Part shown: positions 41,895-53,226 of the stretch, in pieces | Layout of the letters: each line of letters starts with the position of its first letter | Numbering within the stretch: position 1 is the stretch's first letter | Origin: an uncultured delta proteobacterium | GTDB lineage: Bacteria; Desulfobacterota; Desulfobacteria; Desulfobacterales; UBA2156 | DNA: 64,000 bases | Assembly: GCA_963736855.1 (NCBI GenBank) | Contig: CAVTQK010000015.1 | Coordinates: forward strand, 704,001-768,000 | Direction of reading: 5' to 3' | Translations under genes and position numbers: made by a program | Notes under the pieces: model-generated | What the model saw: the letters and a program-made list of their open reading frames with translations, nothing else | Told to the model about the DNA's origin: nothing | Databases searched by the model: none

Positions 41895-42512
41895 GGCTCC
41901 AGGAAGCGGACCGGCCCGGTGGCGATGTCCGCCACCGCGCCGGCGAGCTGCAGCACGCCCTCGGCCTGCCGGGCCCGGGCCTCCGGCGTCTCCATGATCT
42001 GGCGCATCGTCCAGCGCACGTTCGGCCTCCACGCCGGCGCGGAGCTGCTCCTCGGGCGACGCCGCGGGGTCGATCCCCTCGAGCCCCGGCAGGAGGTTCT
42101 GGAGCAGCGCCTCGATCCGGCTTCGCTCGCGGCGCGCCGCGGAACTTCACCTCCAGGGCCGCCTGGACCGCGCCGCAGCCCTCGTGCCCGAGGACCAGGA
42201 AGAGCGGCGTCCGCAGGTGAGCGCCGGCGTACTGGAAGCGTGCCGGCCACCTCCGGCGAGAGGACGTTGCCCGCGAGCCGCACGATGAAGAGCTCGCCGA
42301 AGCCGGCGTCGAAGAGGAGCTCCGGCGGCACGCGCGAGTCGCTGCAGCCGAGGATGGTGGCGTAGGGGCGCTGTCCCTTCGCCAGCGTCCGCGAGGACCT
42401 CCTTCTGCACGGTGGGGAAGCGCGCCTCCCCGCGGACGAAGCGGGCGTTCCCGGCGCGGAGCCGCTCGAGCGCCTCGGCGGCCGTGTAGGGGGCGGGGGA
42501 GTCGTGGCTCAT
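41891..42512 (-). CDS. Beta-class carbonic anhydrase, frameshifted
   Basis: [12 protein letters not shown]...[14 protein letters not shown]...[11 protein letters not shown]...LGHEGCGAV. Confidence 0.88.
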
Positions 42513-42667
42513 GGGGCGGGTCTCCTCGGGATTCTGTATCACGGTGCGTGAGGTACCCGCACGGGCCAGCGGACCCTGGGGACCGGTCCGGGTCCCACTC
42601 GGGTCGGCCCGAGTTCTCCCTGTACGCCTCTGCGTCGAAGCCGTAGGCTTCCCGTCCGGAGGGGGCC

Positions 42668-43984
42668 ATGTTCTGGGTCGAGCTCGCCGTCGTCCTGGCG
42701 ATGATCGTGATCGGGGCCCGCTACGGCGGCCTCGGCCTGGGAATGATGGGCGGCCTGGGGGTCGCCATCCTCTCCTTCCTCCTCGGGGACCTCCCCTCCG
42801 ATCCCCCGATCGAGGTCATGCTGATGATCGCGGCGGTGGTGACCGCGGCGGGCACCCTGCAGGCCGCCGGCGGCATGGACTACCTCGTCGACCTGGCCGA
42901 GAAGGCGCTCCGACGCCACCCGCCGGCGATCACCTTCGTGGCTCCGCTGGTGGCCTACGTCTTCACCCTCTTCGCCGGCACCGGGCACGTCGCCTACGCC
43001 ATCCTCCCGGTCATCGCCGAGGTCTCCCGGCAGGCGGGGGTGCGCCCGGAGAGACCCCTCTCCATCTCGGTGATCGCCTCCCAGCAGGCCATCACCGCGA
43101 GCCCCATCTCGGCCGCCACGGTGGCCCTGCTCCTCCTGGTCTCCGGCGCGGGCATCACGCTCGGCGGCCTGATGGCCGTGTGCATCCCGGCCACGCTCGC
43201 CGGCGTCCTCGCCGGCGCGCTGGTGGCGAGCCGGCTGGGCAAGGACCTCGACGAGGACCCCGAGTACCAGCGCCGGCTGGCCGCGGGCGAGGTCGAGGCC
43301 CCCGCCACGGAGGCCCGGCCCCCCGCGACCTGGAGGGCCAAGCTCTCGGTGGTCCTCTTCGTCGCCGGCGCCCTCGCCATCGTCCTCTTCGGATCGATCC
43401 CCTCCCTGCGACCCACCTTCGACGCGAAGGGGCTCGAGGTGCAGATGGAGATGGCCGACGCCATCGAGATGCTGATGCTCTCGATCGCGGCGCTCATGGT
43501 CATCGTCTGCGGGGCGAAGCCGGAGAAGGTGGCCCACGGATCGGTCTTCCGGGCCGGCATGCAGGCGGTGATCGCCATCTTCGGCGTGGCCTGGATGGGC
43601 GACACCTTCTTCCGGGCCAACCAGGCGACGGTCCAGGGGCCGCTCACGGCCATGGTCCAGGGAGCGCCCTGGACCTTCGCCATCGCCCTCTTCGTGATGT
43701 CGATCCTGCTCTACAGCCAGGCCGCCACCGTCCGCACCCTGATGCCGCTCGGCATCACCGTGGGGATGCCCGGCTGGGCGCTGGCGGGCATGTTCCCGTC
43801 GGTGAACGGCTACTTCTTCCTGCCCAACTACCCCACGCTGGTGGCCGCCATCAACTTCGACCGCACCGGCACCACCCGCATCGGGAAGTGGCTCCTGAAC
43901 CACAGCTTCATGCTTCCCGGGCTCGCCGCCTCCGTGGTCTCGGTGACGGTCGGGCTCCTGCTCGCACGCCTGTTCCTCGCCTAG
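42668..43984 (+). CDS. Anaerobic C4-dicarboxylate transporter (DcuA/DcuB family)
   Basis: [43 protein letters not shown] and GTTRIGK..NHSF. Confidence 0.93.
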   Translation: MFWVELAVVLAMIVIGARYGGLGLGMMGGLGVAILSFLLGDLPSDPPIEVMLMIAAVVTAAGTLQAAGGMDYLVDLAEKALRRHPPAITFVAPLVAYVFTLFAGTGHVAYAILPVIAEVSRQAGVRPERPLSISVIASQQAITASPISAATVALLLLVSGAGITLGGLMAVCIPATLAGVLAGALVASRLGKDLDEDPEYQRRLAAGEVEAPATEARPPATWRAKLSVVLFVAGALAIVLFGSIPSLRPTFDAKGLEVQMEMADAIEMLMLSIAALMVIVCGAKPEKVAHGSVFRAGMQAVIAIFGVAWMGDTFFRANQATVQGPLTAMVQGAPWTFAIALFVMSILLYSQAATVRTLMPLGITVGMPGWALAGMFPSVNGYFFLPNYPTLVAAINFDRTGTTRIGKWLLNHSFMLPGLAASVVSVTVGLLLARLFLA

Positions 43985-44007
43985 GCGAGGCCCCCAAGGA
44001 GACGCAC

Positions 44008-45482
44008 ATGGCATCGAATCCGTTCCGCATCGAGCACGACTTCCTCGGCGACCGCGAGGTCCCCGGCCGACGCCTACTACGGCGTCCAGACGCTGCGGGG
44101 CGCCGAGAACTTCCCCATCACCGGCCTGCCCCTGCACCCGGCGCTCATCCGGGCCATGGCCATCGTCAAGAAGGCCGCGGCGCTCGCCAACCGCGACACC
44201 GGCCACCTCGACGCGAAGATCGCCGACGCCATCGCCAGGGGCGGCCGACGACGTCATCGCCGGCAAGCTGAACGCGCAGTTCATCGTCGATCCCATCCAG
44301 GGAGGCGCCGGCACCTCGATCAACATGAACGCCAACGAGGTGATCGCCAACCGGGCGCTGGAGCTCCTCGGGGAGCCGAAGGGGAACTACAAGGTCATCA
44401 GCCCCAACTCCCACGTCAACATGGCGCAGTCGACCAACGACGCCTTCCCCACCGGCGTCCACATCGCGGCGCTCGACCTGGGCCGGTCCCTGGTGGCAGG
44501 AGCTGCAGCGGCTCCACGACGCCTTCGCCGCCAAGGAGAAGGAGTTCCACGGCATCATCAAGATGGGGCGCACCCACCTGCAGGACGCCGTGCCCATCCG
44601 GCTCGGCCAGGAGTTCGGCGCCTACCGGCGCGTCATCGGGCGCGACCTCGAGCGGATCAAGCTGGTCGGGAAGCAGCTGCTCGAGGTGAACATGGGCGCC
44701 ACCGCGGTCGGCACCGGCCTGAACGCCGACCCCGACTACATCGTCGCGGTCGTGAAGTACCTGGCCGAGTTCAGCGGCTTCCCCATGAAGACCGCCGAGG
44801 ACCTGGTCGACGCCACCCAGAACACCGACTGCTACACGGAGGTCTCGGCGGCGCTCAAGGTCTGCATGATGAACCTCTCCAAGATCGCCAACGACCTGCG
44901 GCTCATGGCCTCCGGCCCCCGCTGCGGCCTCTTCGAGCTCAACCTGCCGGCCCGCCAGCCCGGCTCGTCGATCATGCCGGGCAAGGTGAACCCGGTCATG
45001 GCCGAGGTGGTGAACCAGGTGGCCTTCCAGGTCATCGGCAACGACCACACCATCTGCCTCGCCTCCGAGGCCGGCCAGTTCGAGCTCAACGTCATGGAGC
45101 CGGTGCTGGTCTTCAACCTGCTCCAGTCCATCGGCATCATGACCAACGTCTTCGTGGTCTTCCGGAAGTTCCTGGTGGAGGGGCTCACCGCCAACGCCGA
45201 GCGGATGAAGGCCTACGTGGACGACAGCGTGGGCGTCATCACCGCCATCAACCCGCACGTCGGGCTACGAGACGGCGGCGCGCATCGCCCGCGAGGCCAA
45301 CCTGACCGGCAAGCCGGTGCGGGAGCTGATCCTGCGCGACAAGGTGCTCACGAAGGAGCAGCTCGACGCCATCCTCGACCCGTTCGAGATGACCAGGCCC
45401 GGCATCGCCGGGCTCCAAGGAGAAGCAGCGCGAGGACGTCTGGTTCAAGGAACACGGACACGAGAAGGAGAACGCGTCATGA
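44008..45482 (+). CDS. aspA: Aspartate ammonia-lyase, multiple frameshifts
   Basis: [43 protein letters not shown] and [12 protein letters not shown]. Confidence 0.93.
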
Positions 45483-46579
45483 CGACGCGATGCGAACCTG
45501 GAGCCGGCACCCTGCTCGTCGGCGGCCCTGGCGGCCGCGCCTGCCCCTCGCCGGCCTGGCCCAGGCCGCCCAGAAGCTGGCGCCGGCGAAGCCGACCGTG
45601 ACGATCCTGGCCACCGGCGGCACCATCGCCGGCGCCCAGCCCAAGGCCGGGCGAGGCCGGCTACAAGTCCGGCAGCTTCTCGGTGGAGTCGCTCATCCAG
45701 GCGGTCCCCGGGATGGAGAAGGTCGCCGTCGTGAAGGGCGAGCAGATCGCCAGCATCGGCAGCCAGGACATGAACGACGCGGTCTGGATCAAGCTGGCGC
45801 GCCGGGTGAACGAGCTGCAGACGGAGCCCGGCCGTGGACGGGATCGTCATCACCCACGGCACCGACACCCAGGAGGAGACCGGCTACTTCCTCGACCTGG
45901 TGGTGAAGGGCGACAAGCCGGTGGTGCTGGTCGGGTCGATGCGGCCGGCCACCGCCATCTCCGCCGACGGCCCGATGAACCTCTACAACGGCACCGCCGT
46001 CGCCGTCGACCCGGCGGCCCGCGGCCGCGGCGTGCTCTGCGTGCTGAACGACGACATCCACTACGCGCGCGAGGCCACCAAGACCAACACCACCTCGCTG
46101 CAGACCTTCGCCTCGCCCAACCGGGGGCGCGCCGGCATCGTGCTCTTCGGCAAGGCCAGCTTCTACTCGCCGCCGGTGCCGAAGCACACCAGCGGCAGCG
46201 CCTTCGCCGGCAACGTGCCCGACGCGCTCCCCAAGGTCTTCATCGTCTACGCCCACGCCAACGTCGGCCCCGAGCTCGTGGACGCCGCGGTGGCCGCCGG
46301 GGCGAAGGGGATCGTGCTGGCCGGCGTCGGCGACGGGAACGGCACCGACCCGCTCATCGAGGCGCTGGCCGCCGCCGCCAAGAAGGGCGTGGTGGTGGTG
46401 CGCAGCTCCCGGGTCGGCTCCGGCACGGTGGCCCGCAACGTCGAGCTCGACGACGACAAGCTCGGCTTCGTGGCGGCCATGGAGCTGAACCCGCCCAAGG
46501 CGCGCGTGCTGCTGCAGCAGGCGCTCACCAAGACGAAGGACGTCAAGCGCAGATCCAGAAGTACTTCGACGAGTACTAG
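45479..46579 (+). CDS. ansB: Type II (periplasmic) L-asparaginase, frameshifted
   Basis: ILATGGTIAG, IGSQDM, GIVITHGTDTQEET, GSMRP and SADGPMN. Confidence 0.9.
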
Positions 46580-46588
46580 GGGACGCCC

Positions 46589-47800
46589 ATGAACGAGAAC
46601 CATCCTGCTGTCGCGCCGCTCGCCGCGGCTGACGCTGCTCCCCGGCCCCGGCGCCGGCGCCCAGGAGGTCGTGCGCAAGCCCACCTTCGAGGTCTACGGC
46701 TTCGCCCAGGTCGACCTCATCCAGGACTTCAAGCGGGTCCGCCCGGACTGGAACGCCACCCTGCGCCCCACCCGCATCCCCACCGCCGAGGGGCCGTACG
46801 GCGCGAACGGCGAGACCGTCTTCAGCGTGCGCCAGAGCCGGCTCGGCGTGCAGGGCTCGTCCCTGCCGGTGGCAGACGACCTGCTCACGACCCGCATCGA
46901 GTTCGACTTCTTCGGACTCGGCGAGGGCGACGTCCGGACGCCGGCGGCCAGAACGACGTCCGCCTGCGCCACGCCTACGGCGAGTGGGGCCCGGTGCTCG
47001 GCGGCCTCACCGCCAGCCTCTTCATGGACGCCGACTTCTGGCCCAACATCATCGACTACTGGGGCCCGGCCGGCATGTTCTTCTACCGGAACGTCCAGGT
47101 GCGCTACACGCCGTTCACCGGCGAGCACACCTTCGCCGTCGCCCTGGAGCGCCCCGCCACCGACCTCGATCCCACGGGCGGTCCGGCCGGCAACCCTCGC
47201 GCCGCGCTCAGCCAGCTCCCCGACCTGACCGCCCAGTACCGGCTCGCCGGCGGACTGGGGCTACCTCCAGGTCGCCGGCATCCTGCGCTGGCTCGGCTAC
47301 GACACGCCGGGCGCGGCGGTCGGCAGACCAAGGACAACGCCATCGGCTACGGCCTCGACGCCAGCTCCCAGGTCAAGCTCATCCCGGACAGGCTGAAGCT
47401 CCTGCGTGGCGGTGCTGGGGGCAAGGGGATCTCCTACTACATGAACGACGGCGGGACCGACCTCGCCTTCGGGGGCACGCTCGCCGACCCGAACGCCGAG
47501 GCGGTGCCGCTGCTGGGGATGATCGCCTACGTCGACGTCTCCTGGAGCAAGCTCTTCAGCAGCTCCGTCGGCTACAGCACGCACCATGATGGACAACACC
47601 GCGCCTCCAGGGCCCGAGCGCCTTCAAGACCGGCCAGTACGCCTCGGTCAACCTGCTGGTGACGCCGGTTCCGGAACTTCATGGCCGGGCCGGAGCTGCT
47701 CTGGGGCAAGCGCACCGACAAGGGCGGCGCCACCGGCACCGACATCCGGCTCCAGGTCTCGGTGAAGTACAGCTTCACGAGCCTCGACTTCTGGAAGTAG
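46589..47800 (+). CDS. DcaP-family outer-membrane porin, frameshifted
   Basis: FEVYGFAQVD...LRPTRIP...SVRQSRLG...RLRHAYG...PNIIDYWGP...PDLT. Confidence 0.8.
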
Positions 47801-47840
47801 CCGGCGAGCGGCCGGCCGCGGCGGCGCACGGCCGCCGCGG

Positions 47841-49386
47841 TCAGGTCATCAGCGCGACGATCACCGGTCCCCACGCGGTGAGGAGGATGTTCCCCACCGC
47901 GTAGGGGACGGTGTAGCCGAGCACCGGCACCTTGCTCCCGGCGGCGTCCTGGATGGCCTTCAGCGCCGGCGGTGGAGGTGCCGGCGCCGGCGCAGGCGCC
48001 CAGCAGGATGACCGGGTCGATCTTCAGCACGAGCCGCCGACCAGCGAGGCCGACCGGCCTGGGGAAGGATCGCCGCGACCACCCCGGCGGCCACCAGGCC
48101 GAAGCCGGTCTGGCGAACGCCGGCCACGAAGCTCGGGCCGGCGGTCAGCCCCACGGCGCCGATGAAGGCCGGCGAGCCCGACGTTGTCGAAGACCCAGAG
48201 GGCGGCCGTCGGGGATGTAGCCCGACGGCGGGGCGGGTGGAGCGGAGCCAGCCGAAGACCAGCCCCATGACCAGCGCGCCGCCGCTGGTCGGTGAGGGTG
48301 ATGCGCCACCCCGCCGACCTTCACCGAGAGGAGGCCCGAGGAGCCCGCCGACGACGATGCCGACGCCGACGAAGACGCACGTCGGTGGCCGGGCGAGGTG
48401 CGGTCCAGGTAGCCGAGGGCGCTGGCCGGCCCGTTCCACGTCCCGCTCGTGGCCGGCGAGCTGGAGCAGGTCGCCCCGGTGCACCGACCGTGCCCGGCTC
48501 GAAGGGCATCTCGAAGCCCGCGCGAACGAGCCGGCGCAGCACCACGCCCCGGCCGTGCAGCGCGGCGAGCTCCGCCAGCGTCTTCCCGGCAGCATCCTTG
48601 CGCGGTGACCACCGCGTCCAGGGTCGCCATCGGGAAGTCGAGCAGCTCGGGTCCTCGATCTCGGGGCCGACGCCGGCCAGCGACTGGAGGAGCACGCTCG
48701 CGCCGGACCAGCAGGGCCACGACGTGTCGCCGGCCCGGACCAGGATGCTCGGGAGCCGGATCGACCAGCTTCCCGTGCCTGGCGGAGCCGCTGCACGAAG
48801 AGGCGGGCGCCGGGGATGGCCTGCTCGACCTGCGCGACGGTCCGCCCCGCCCAGTGCGGCCCCTCGACGCGGAAGGCGCGCAGTACCCAGGCCTGCGTAG
48901 GCCGAGCGGACGCCGGCCGCCTGCTCCGGCCTGCCCGGACAGCGCGGTCTCCGAGCCGGCGGCTCGCCGCCGCAGGTCGATGCGCAGCAGGCGCGGCGCC
49001 AGCGCGGAGAGGAACCAGACCACGGCGGTGGTGCCGACCAGGTAGGTGACCGCGTAGGCGACCGGGATGTTGTTCACGAGGCGGGCCTTCTCGGCGTCCG
49101 GCAGCGCGAGCCGCTGGATGGCCTCGCTGGCGGTCCCGATGACCGTGGACTCGGAGAAGGCGCCGGCCAGCAGGCCGGCCGCGGTGCCGACGTCGTAGCC
49201 GAGGAGCCGCGACAGTCCGACCGCGGTCAGCAGCGACGTGACGCAGATGACCACGGTGAGGGCGAGCTGCGGCAGGGCGTCCTGCTTCAGGCCGCGGAAG
49301 AACTGGGGGCCGACCTTGTAGCCGGTGGCGAAGAGGAAGAGGTCGAAGAAGATCGTCTTCACCACCGGGGCGACGGCGACGCCGAC
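47841..49386 (-). CDS. aspT: Aspartate:alanine antiporter (AAE family); N-terminus missing, multiple frameshifts
   Basis: [24 protein letters not shown], TrkA-C-like loops, [12 protein letters not shown] and [11 protein letters not shown]. Confidence 0.85.
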
Positions 49387-49899
49387 TCAGATCGCCCCGA
49401 TGACCGCGAAGATCCACTGCGGCATCGGGGCGTCGGGCCACCGGTTCGCCGTGCCCTTGAAGTGCATCGAGGTGGTGCGTCCGCCGCTCATGTAGCAGTA
49501 GCCGTCCGCTTCCCGGCCGCACTCGACCTGCCGGTCGCCCACCCGGCCCACGAAGGTGGTCGCGGTCGCCTTCACGCGCACGCGGATGCCCGAGATCATC
49601 CCCTCCACCGAGAGGCTGGCCGCATCCTGCTTGACGACCAGGTTCACCCCGGCCCCGCTGATCCGGTCCGGGGCGACCTTCAGCATGACGTCCTTGGTGA
49701 GGAGGTTCCCGCCCCAGTGCCCGTCCTTCGTCACCGCCATGTTGACGTTGGGGCCACGCACCCTCGTCGCATCGTAGGCGGCGCTCGTGCGGTAGACGAC
49801 CTCGCCGGTGGAGACGAAGGGGGCCTCGGGCTCGGCGGCCAGGGCGGGGAGGGCGAGGGCGGCGAGGGCGAGGGGGACGAGCACTGGGAACGGACGCAT
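49387..49899 (-). CDS. Secreted hypothetical protein (beta-rich)
   Basis: Signal peptide MRPFPVLVPLALAALALPALA; RBS aggag; GC3-biased codons. Confidence 0.7.
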   Translation of the reverse strand: MRPFPVLVPLALAALALPALAAEPEAPFVSTGEVVYRTSAAYDATRVRGPNVNMAVTKDGHWGGNLLTKDVMLKVAPDRISGAGVNLVVKQDAASLSVEGMISGIRVRVKATATTFVGRVGDRQVECGREADGYCYMSGGRTTSMHFKGTANRWPDAPMPQWIFAVIGAI

Positions 49900-49921
49900 G
49901 TGGGTCTCCTTGGGCCTGGGA

Positions 49922-50545
49922 CTACCCCGCCTTGTCCCCGACGAACTTGTCCCTCTCGTCGCGGAAGAGCAGGTTGAAGCTGGTCAGGCTCCCATAACAC
50001 CTCGTGACGTAGCCCTGCATCTCCACCTTCTCGGCGTCGGAGAGCTTGGGGTGCGCGTTCACCTTCTGCTCGAGCACGCGCAGCCGGTCGCGGACCATGA
50101 CGACCTTGTGGAAGAGGGCGTCGAGCGGCAGCTCCTTCGCCTGCAGGGACGGGTCGCCGGGCTTCACCAGGATGGAGCCCCCCTCCCACTTGGGCGCGAG
50201 GGGCACCTCGGGGGCGTCCTCCCGGAGGGCGTCGCGGATGGCCTGGGCGAACTCTTCACGCGTCATGGCGAGGATCTCCTCGGGAAGCGGGGGAAGTGGG
50301 GCACGGTGGACGGTGGGAGGGCGCGCGGCCGGCGAGCGCCGGGTCTCGCGCGGGGGCGCGGGCGCGGGGATGGTGCGGTCCCGCCCCAGGTACTGCTCGC
50401 AGGCCGGCGCGGTCCCCGGAAAGTCGCCGGTCCTGGCCCCGTAGCGACAGGGACCGATGGGTCCCCGCGCGTCCTCGAGGATGGGACGCCACCAGCGGCA
50501 GCTGCCGCACTCCCTGGGTCCGTAGGCGATTCCCTCGGGGTCCAT
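49922..50545 (-). CDS. Conserved hypothetical protein with N-terminal Cys cluster
   Basis: CGSC...C...C, Pro linker, then KWEGG...LFHKVVMVRDRLRVLEQKVN...YGSLTSFNLLF. Confidence 0.75.
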   Translation of the reverse strand: MDPEGIAYGPRECGSCRWWRPILEDARGPIGPCRYGARTGDFPGTAPACEQYLGRDRTIPAPAPPRETRRSPAARPPTVHRAPLPPLPEEILAMTREEFAQAIRDALREDAPEVPLAPKWEGGSILVKPGDPSLQAKELPLDALFHKVVMVRDRLRVLEQKVNAHPKLSDAEKVEMQGYVTRCYGSLTSFNLLFRDERDKFVGDKAG

Positions 50546-50659
50546 CGGTGCGGCAGTCTAGTCCCGGCCGGGTCGCCGTTCCACCGCGTCTCGCGCCCAG
50601 GAGGGTTGTGGTGACGCACCGGTGACAGCGCCCGGGTATCCTCCCAATCTCTCCTCCAA

Positions 50660-52466
50660 ATGACCAAGCTCACGCTCCAGCGGTTCCCCGATCGCACCAT
50701 CCTGGCCCTGCTGCGCGGCACCGCACGCCGCCGCCCCGACGCCCCCTTCCTGCGCGTCCTCGACCCGTCCGACCGCGACCGGCCCCCCGCGCGACGTCAC
50801 CTTCGCCGCCTTCGAGCGGGGCGTGCGCCGGGCGGCAGCCTCGCTCGCGCGCGCGGGTCTCCGCGCCGGCGACCGGGTGCTCATGCTGGCCGAGAACTCG
50901 CCGGCCTGGCAGGAGGTGGCGATCGGCGCCCAGGCCCTGCGCGCCGAGCCGGCCGCGCTCTTCGCCAGCCTGGACGGGGAGCCGGCCCGCGCCATTGCAC
51001 TTCGGGTGAAGCCCAGGGTGGCCTTCGTCTCCGGGCCGGCCCAGTGGGAGAAGCTCGCGCCCTCGGCCGGGGAGCTCCGTGCAGGCGGGCTCGAGGCGGT
51101 GGTGAGCGAGAGGCCGCTGGCGGCGGATGCCGTGCCGCCGGGGGTACGGCTCCTCACCGCCGCCCAGGTGTCGGGCGAGGAGGCCCCGACGCTCGACGAC
51201 GCGGCCTGGAATGCGCTGGTCGACGCGGTGGGGCCCGAGGACCCGTTCCTCATGATCTTCACCAGCGGCACCACCGGGCGCCCCAAGGGCGTTCGCCTCC
51301 CGCAGCGCTCCCTCGTCCACGCCATCGACGCCGGCAATTCCTCGGTGGGCACGGGACCGGGCGACCTGGGCGTCCACTTCCTGCCCTTCGCGCACGTGGC
51401 CGGCCACGACCAGTTCTTCCTGGCGCTGGCCCAGGGGCATGCGCTGCTCCTCGTGCTGCGGCGCGAGGACATCGAGCGGTCCTTCTCGTTCGGCCCGACC
51501 TACGCCTTCTCGGTGCCGCTCATCTACGAACGGTTCCGCTCGGGCGTGGAGACGAAGATCGACTCCCTTCCCTCCCCCCTGCGCCGCCTGGCCCGGGCCG
51601 CCCTGGCGGCCGGCGTGCGGGTTCGCGTGGAGGGGAGCCGGACACCGGGCGACCGGATCCTCACCCGGGTGGCCGACCGGCTGGTGGGTGCCCCGCTCCG
51701 GGAGAAGCTCGGCGGCAACATGCGTGCGCTCTTCTCCGGCGGCGCGCCCGCGTCCCCGGCGCTCTTCCGCTTCCTGGAGGGGCTCGGGATTCCCTGCGTC
51801 GAGCTCTACGGGATGACCGAGACCGCCGGCATGGTCTCGGCCAACGTCCACGACGGGGTGCGGCGTGCCGGGTCGGCCGGCATCCTCACTCCCGACCACG
51901 AGGTCCGCTTCGACGACGACGGCGAGCTCCTCCTGCGCGGGCCCCTGCTCTTCTCCGGCTACCTCGAGCCCGAGGACGCCGAGGGCGCCTTCACCGCCGA
52001 CGGCTTCTACCGCACCGGGGACCGGGCCCGCATCGACGAGGAGGGATTCCTGCGGGTGGAGGGGCGAAAGAAGAACCTGCTCGTCCTCTCCACGGGAAAG
52101 AAGCTCGCCCCCGAGCCGCTCGAGCAGGCCATCGCCGGAACCCCCCCGTTCCAGGGCGCGGTCCTCCTCGGCGAGGGGCGTCCCTTCGTCTCGGCGGCGG
52201 TCTTCGTCGCCCCGGAGTTCCTGGCCCGGCTCGCCGCCGAGGGACGCGACGCCGCCGAGGCCCTCCTGCCCCTGGTGCGCTCCACGCTCCAGGCCTTCAG
52301 CGACTACGAGAAGCCCCACAAGCTGCTCGTCATCCCCGGCTCCCCGGCCGACCACCCCTCCATCGTCACCCCAACACTCAAGGTGAAACGCGACGCGGTG
52401 ATCGCCTTCCTGGGGCCGCGGCTGGCAGCGGTCTACGAGCCGCGCGCCAAGCCGGCGGCGGGGTAG
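50660..52466 (+). CDS. Long-chain acyl-CoA synthetase (AMP-binding), frameshift near 50790
   Basis: IFTSGTTGRPKG, YGMTET, FYRTGD, GRKKNL and TPTLKVKR. Confidence 0.92.
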
Positions 52467-52478
52467 TGCACCGGGCGC

Positions 52479-53213
52479 CTACACGCCCAGCCGATCGAGG
52501 AAGTAGGGCAGCATCCTCCGCCACCACGTCCACTCGTGGTCCACGTCGGCCCCCCAGTAGTCGAACCAGGCCGGGATGCCCTTCTCGCGCAGGATGGCCT
52601 CCAGCGCCCGGGTGTCGGCCAGGCAGTCCTCCTCCCACCTCCCCTGCCCCACGCCGAAGGCGATGGCGGAGCGCCGGTAGCGGTCCAGGTAGGTCGGATC
52701 GGCGAGGCCGGGAAGGTACTGGAGCGGGCTGTTGAAGTAGGTGGCGTCGTCCCACTGTCCGTTGACGAAGCTCGCGGCCGAGTAGAGCCCGGAGAGCCCG
52801 ATCACCCCGTCGAAGGCGTCCGGGCGCCGGAAGAAGAAGTTGGAGGCGTGGAAGGCCCCCATGCTGCAGCCGGTGACCCACATCGTCCCGCGCCCGGTGG
52901 CCTTGCGGACGAAGGGCACGAGCTCGTCCAGCACGTAGCGGTCGTAGTCGAGGTGGCGCCGGGCCCGCTCGGCGGGGGCGACGGCGGCGTTGGTCCAGCT
53001 CTGCCAGTCGATCCCGTCCACGGCCACGAGGCGCATCCGCCCGGCCTCCAGGATCTCGCCGCACGCGTCGACCATGCCGAACCCGGCGAAGTCGCCCATG
53101 CGCCCGTCCTGGGACGGGAAGGCCAGCACGGGGCGGCCGGCATGTCCAAAGACCTCGAACTCCATCTCCTGGCCGAGCGCCGGACTGTGCCAGCGGTGTC
53201 GCTCCCCTTGCAT
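52479..53213 (-). CDS. Esterase family alpha/beta hydrolase
   Basis: WHSPALGQEM...FGHAG; GCSMG nucleophile elbow; DVDHEWTWW. Confidence 0.88.
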   Translation of the reverse strand: MQGERHRWHSPALGQEMEFEVFGHAGRPVLAFPSQDGRMGDFAGFGMVDACGEILEAGRMRLVAVDGIDWQSWTNAAVAPAERARRHLDYDRYVLDELVPFVRKATGRGTMWVTGCSMGAFHASNFFFRRPDAFDGVIGLSGLYSAASFVNGQWDDATYFNSPLQYLPGLADPTYLDRYRRSAIAFGVGQGRWEEDCLADTRALEAILREKGIPAWFDYWGADVDHEWTWWRRMLPYFLDRLGV

Positions 53214-53226
53214 GCCCTGCCTCTCC

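Noticed and set aside
42540..42660. Riboswitch upstream of dcu (two GC hairpins)
   Set aside because: Short hairpins are expected at this GC content, and no known aptamer consensus was recognised.
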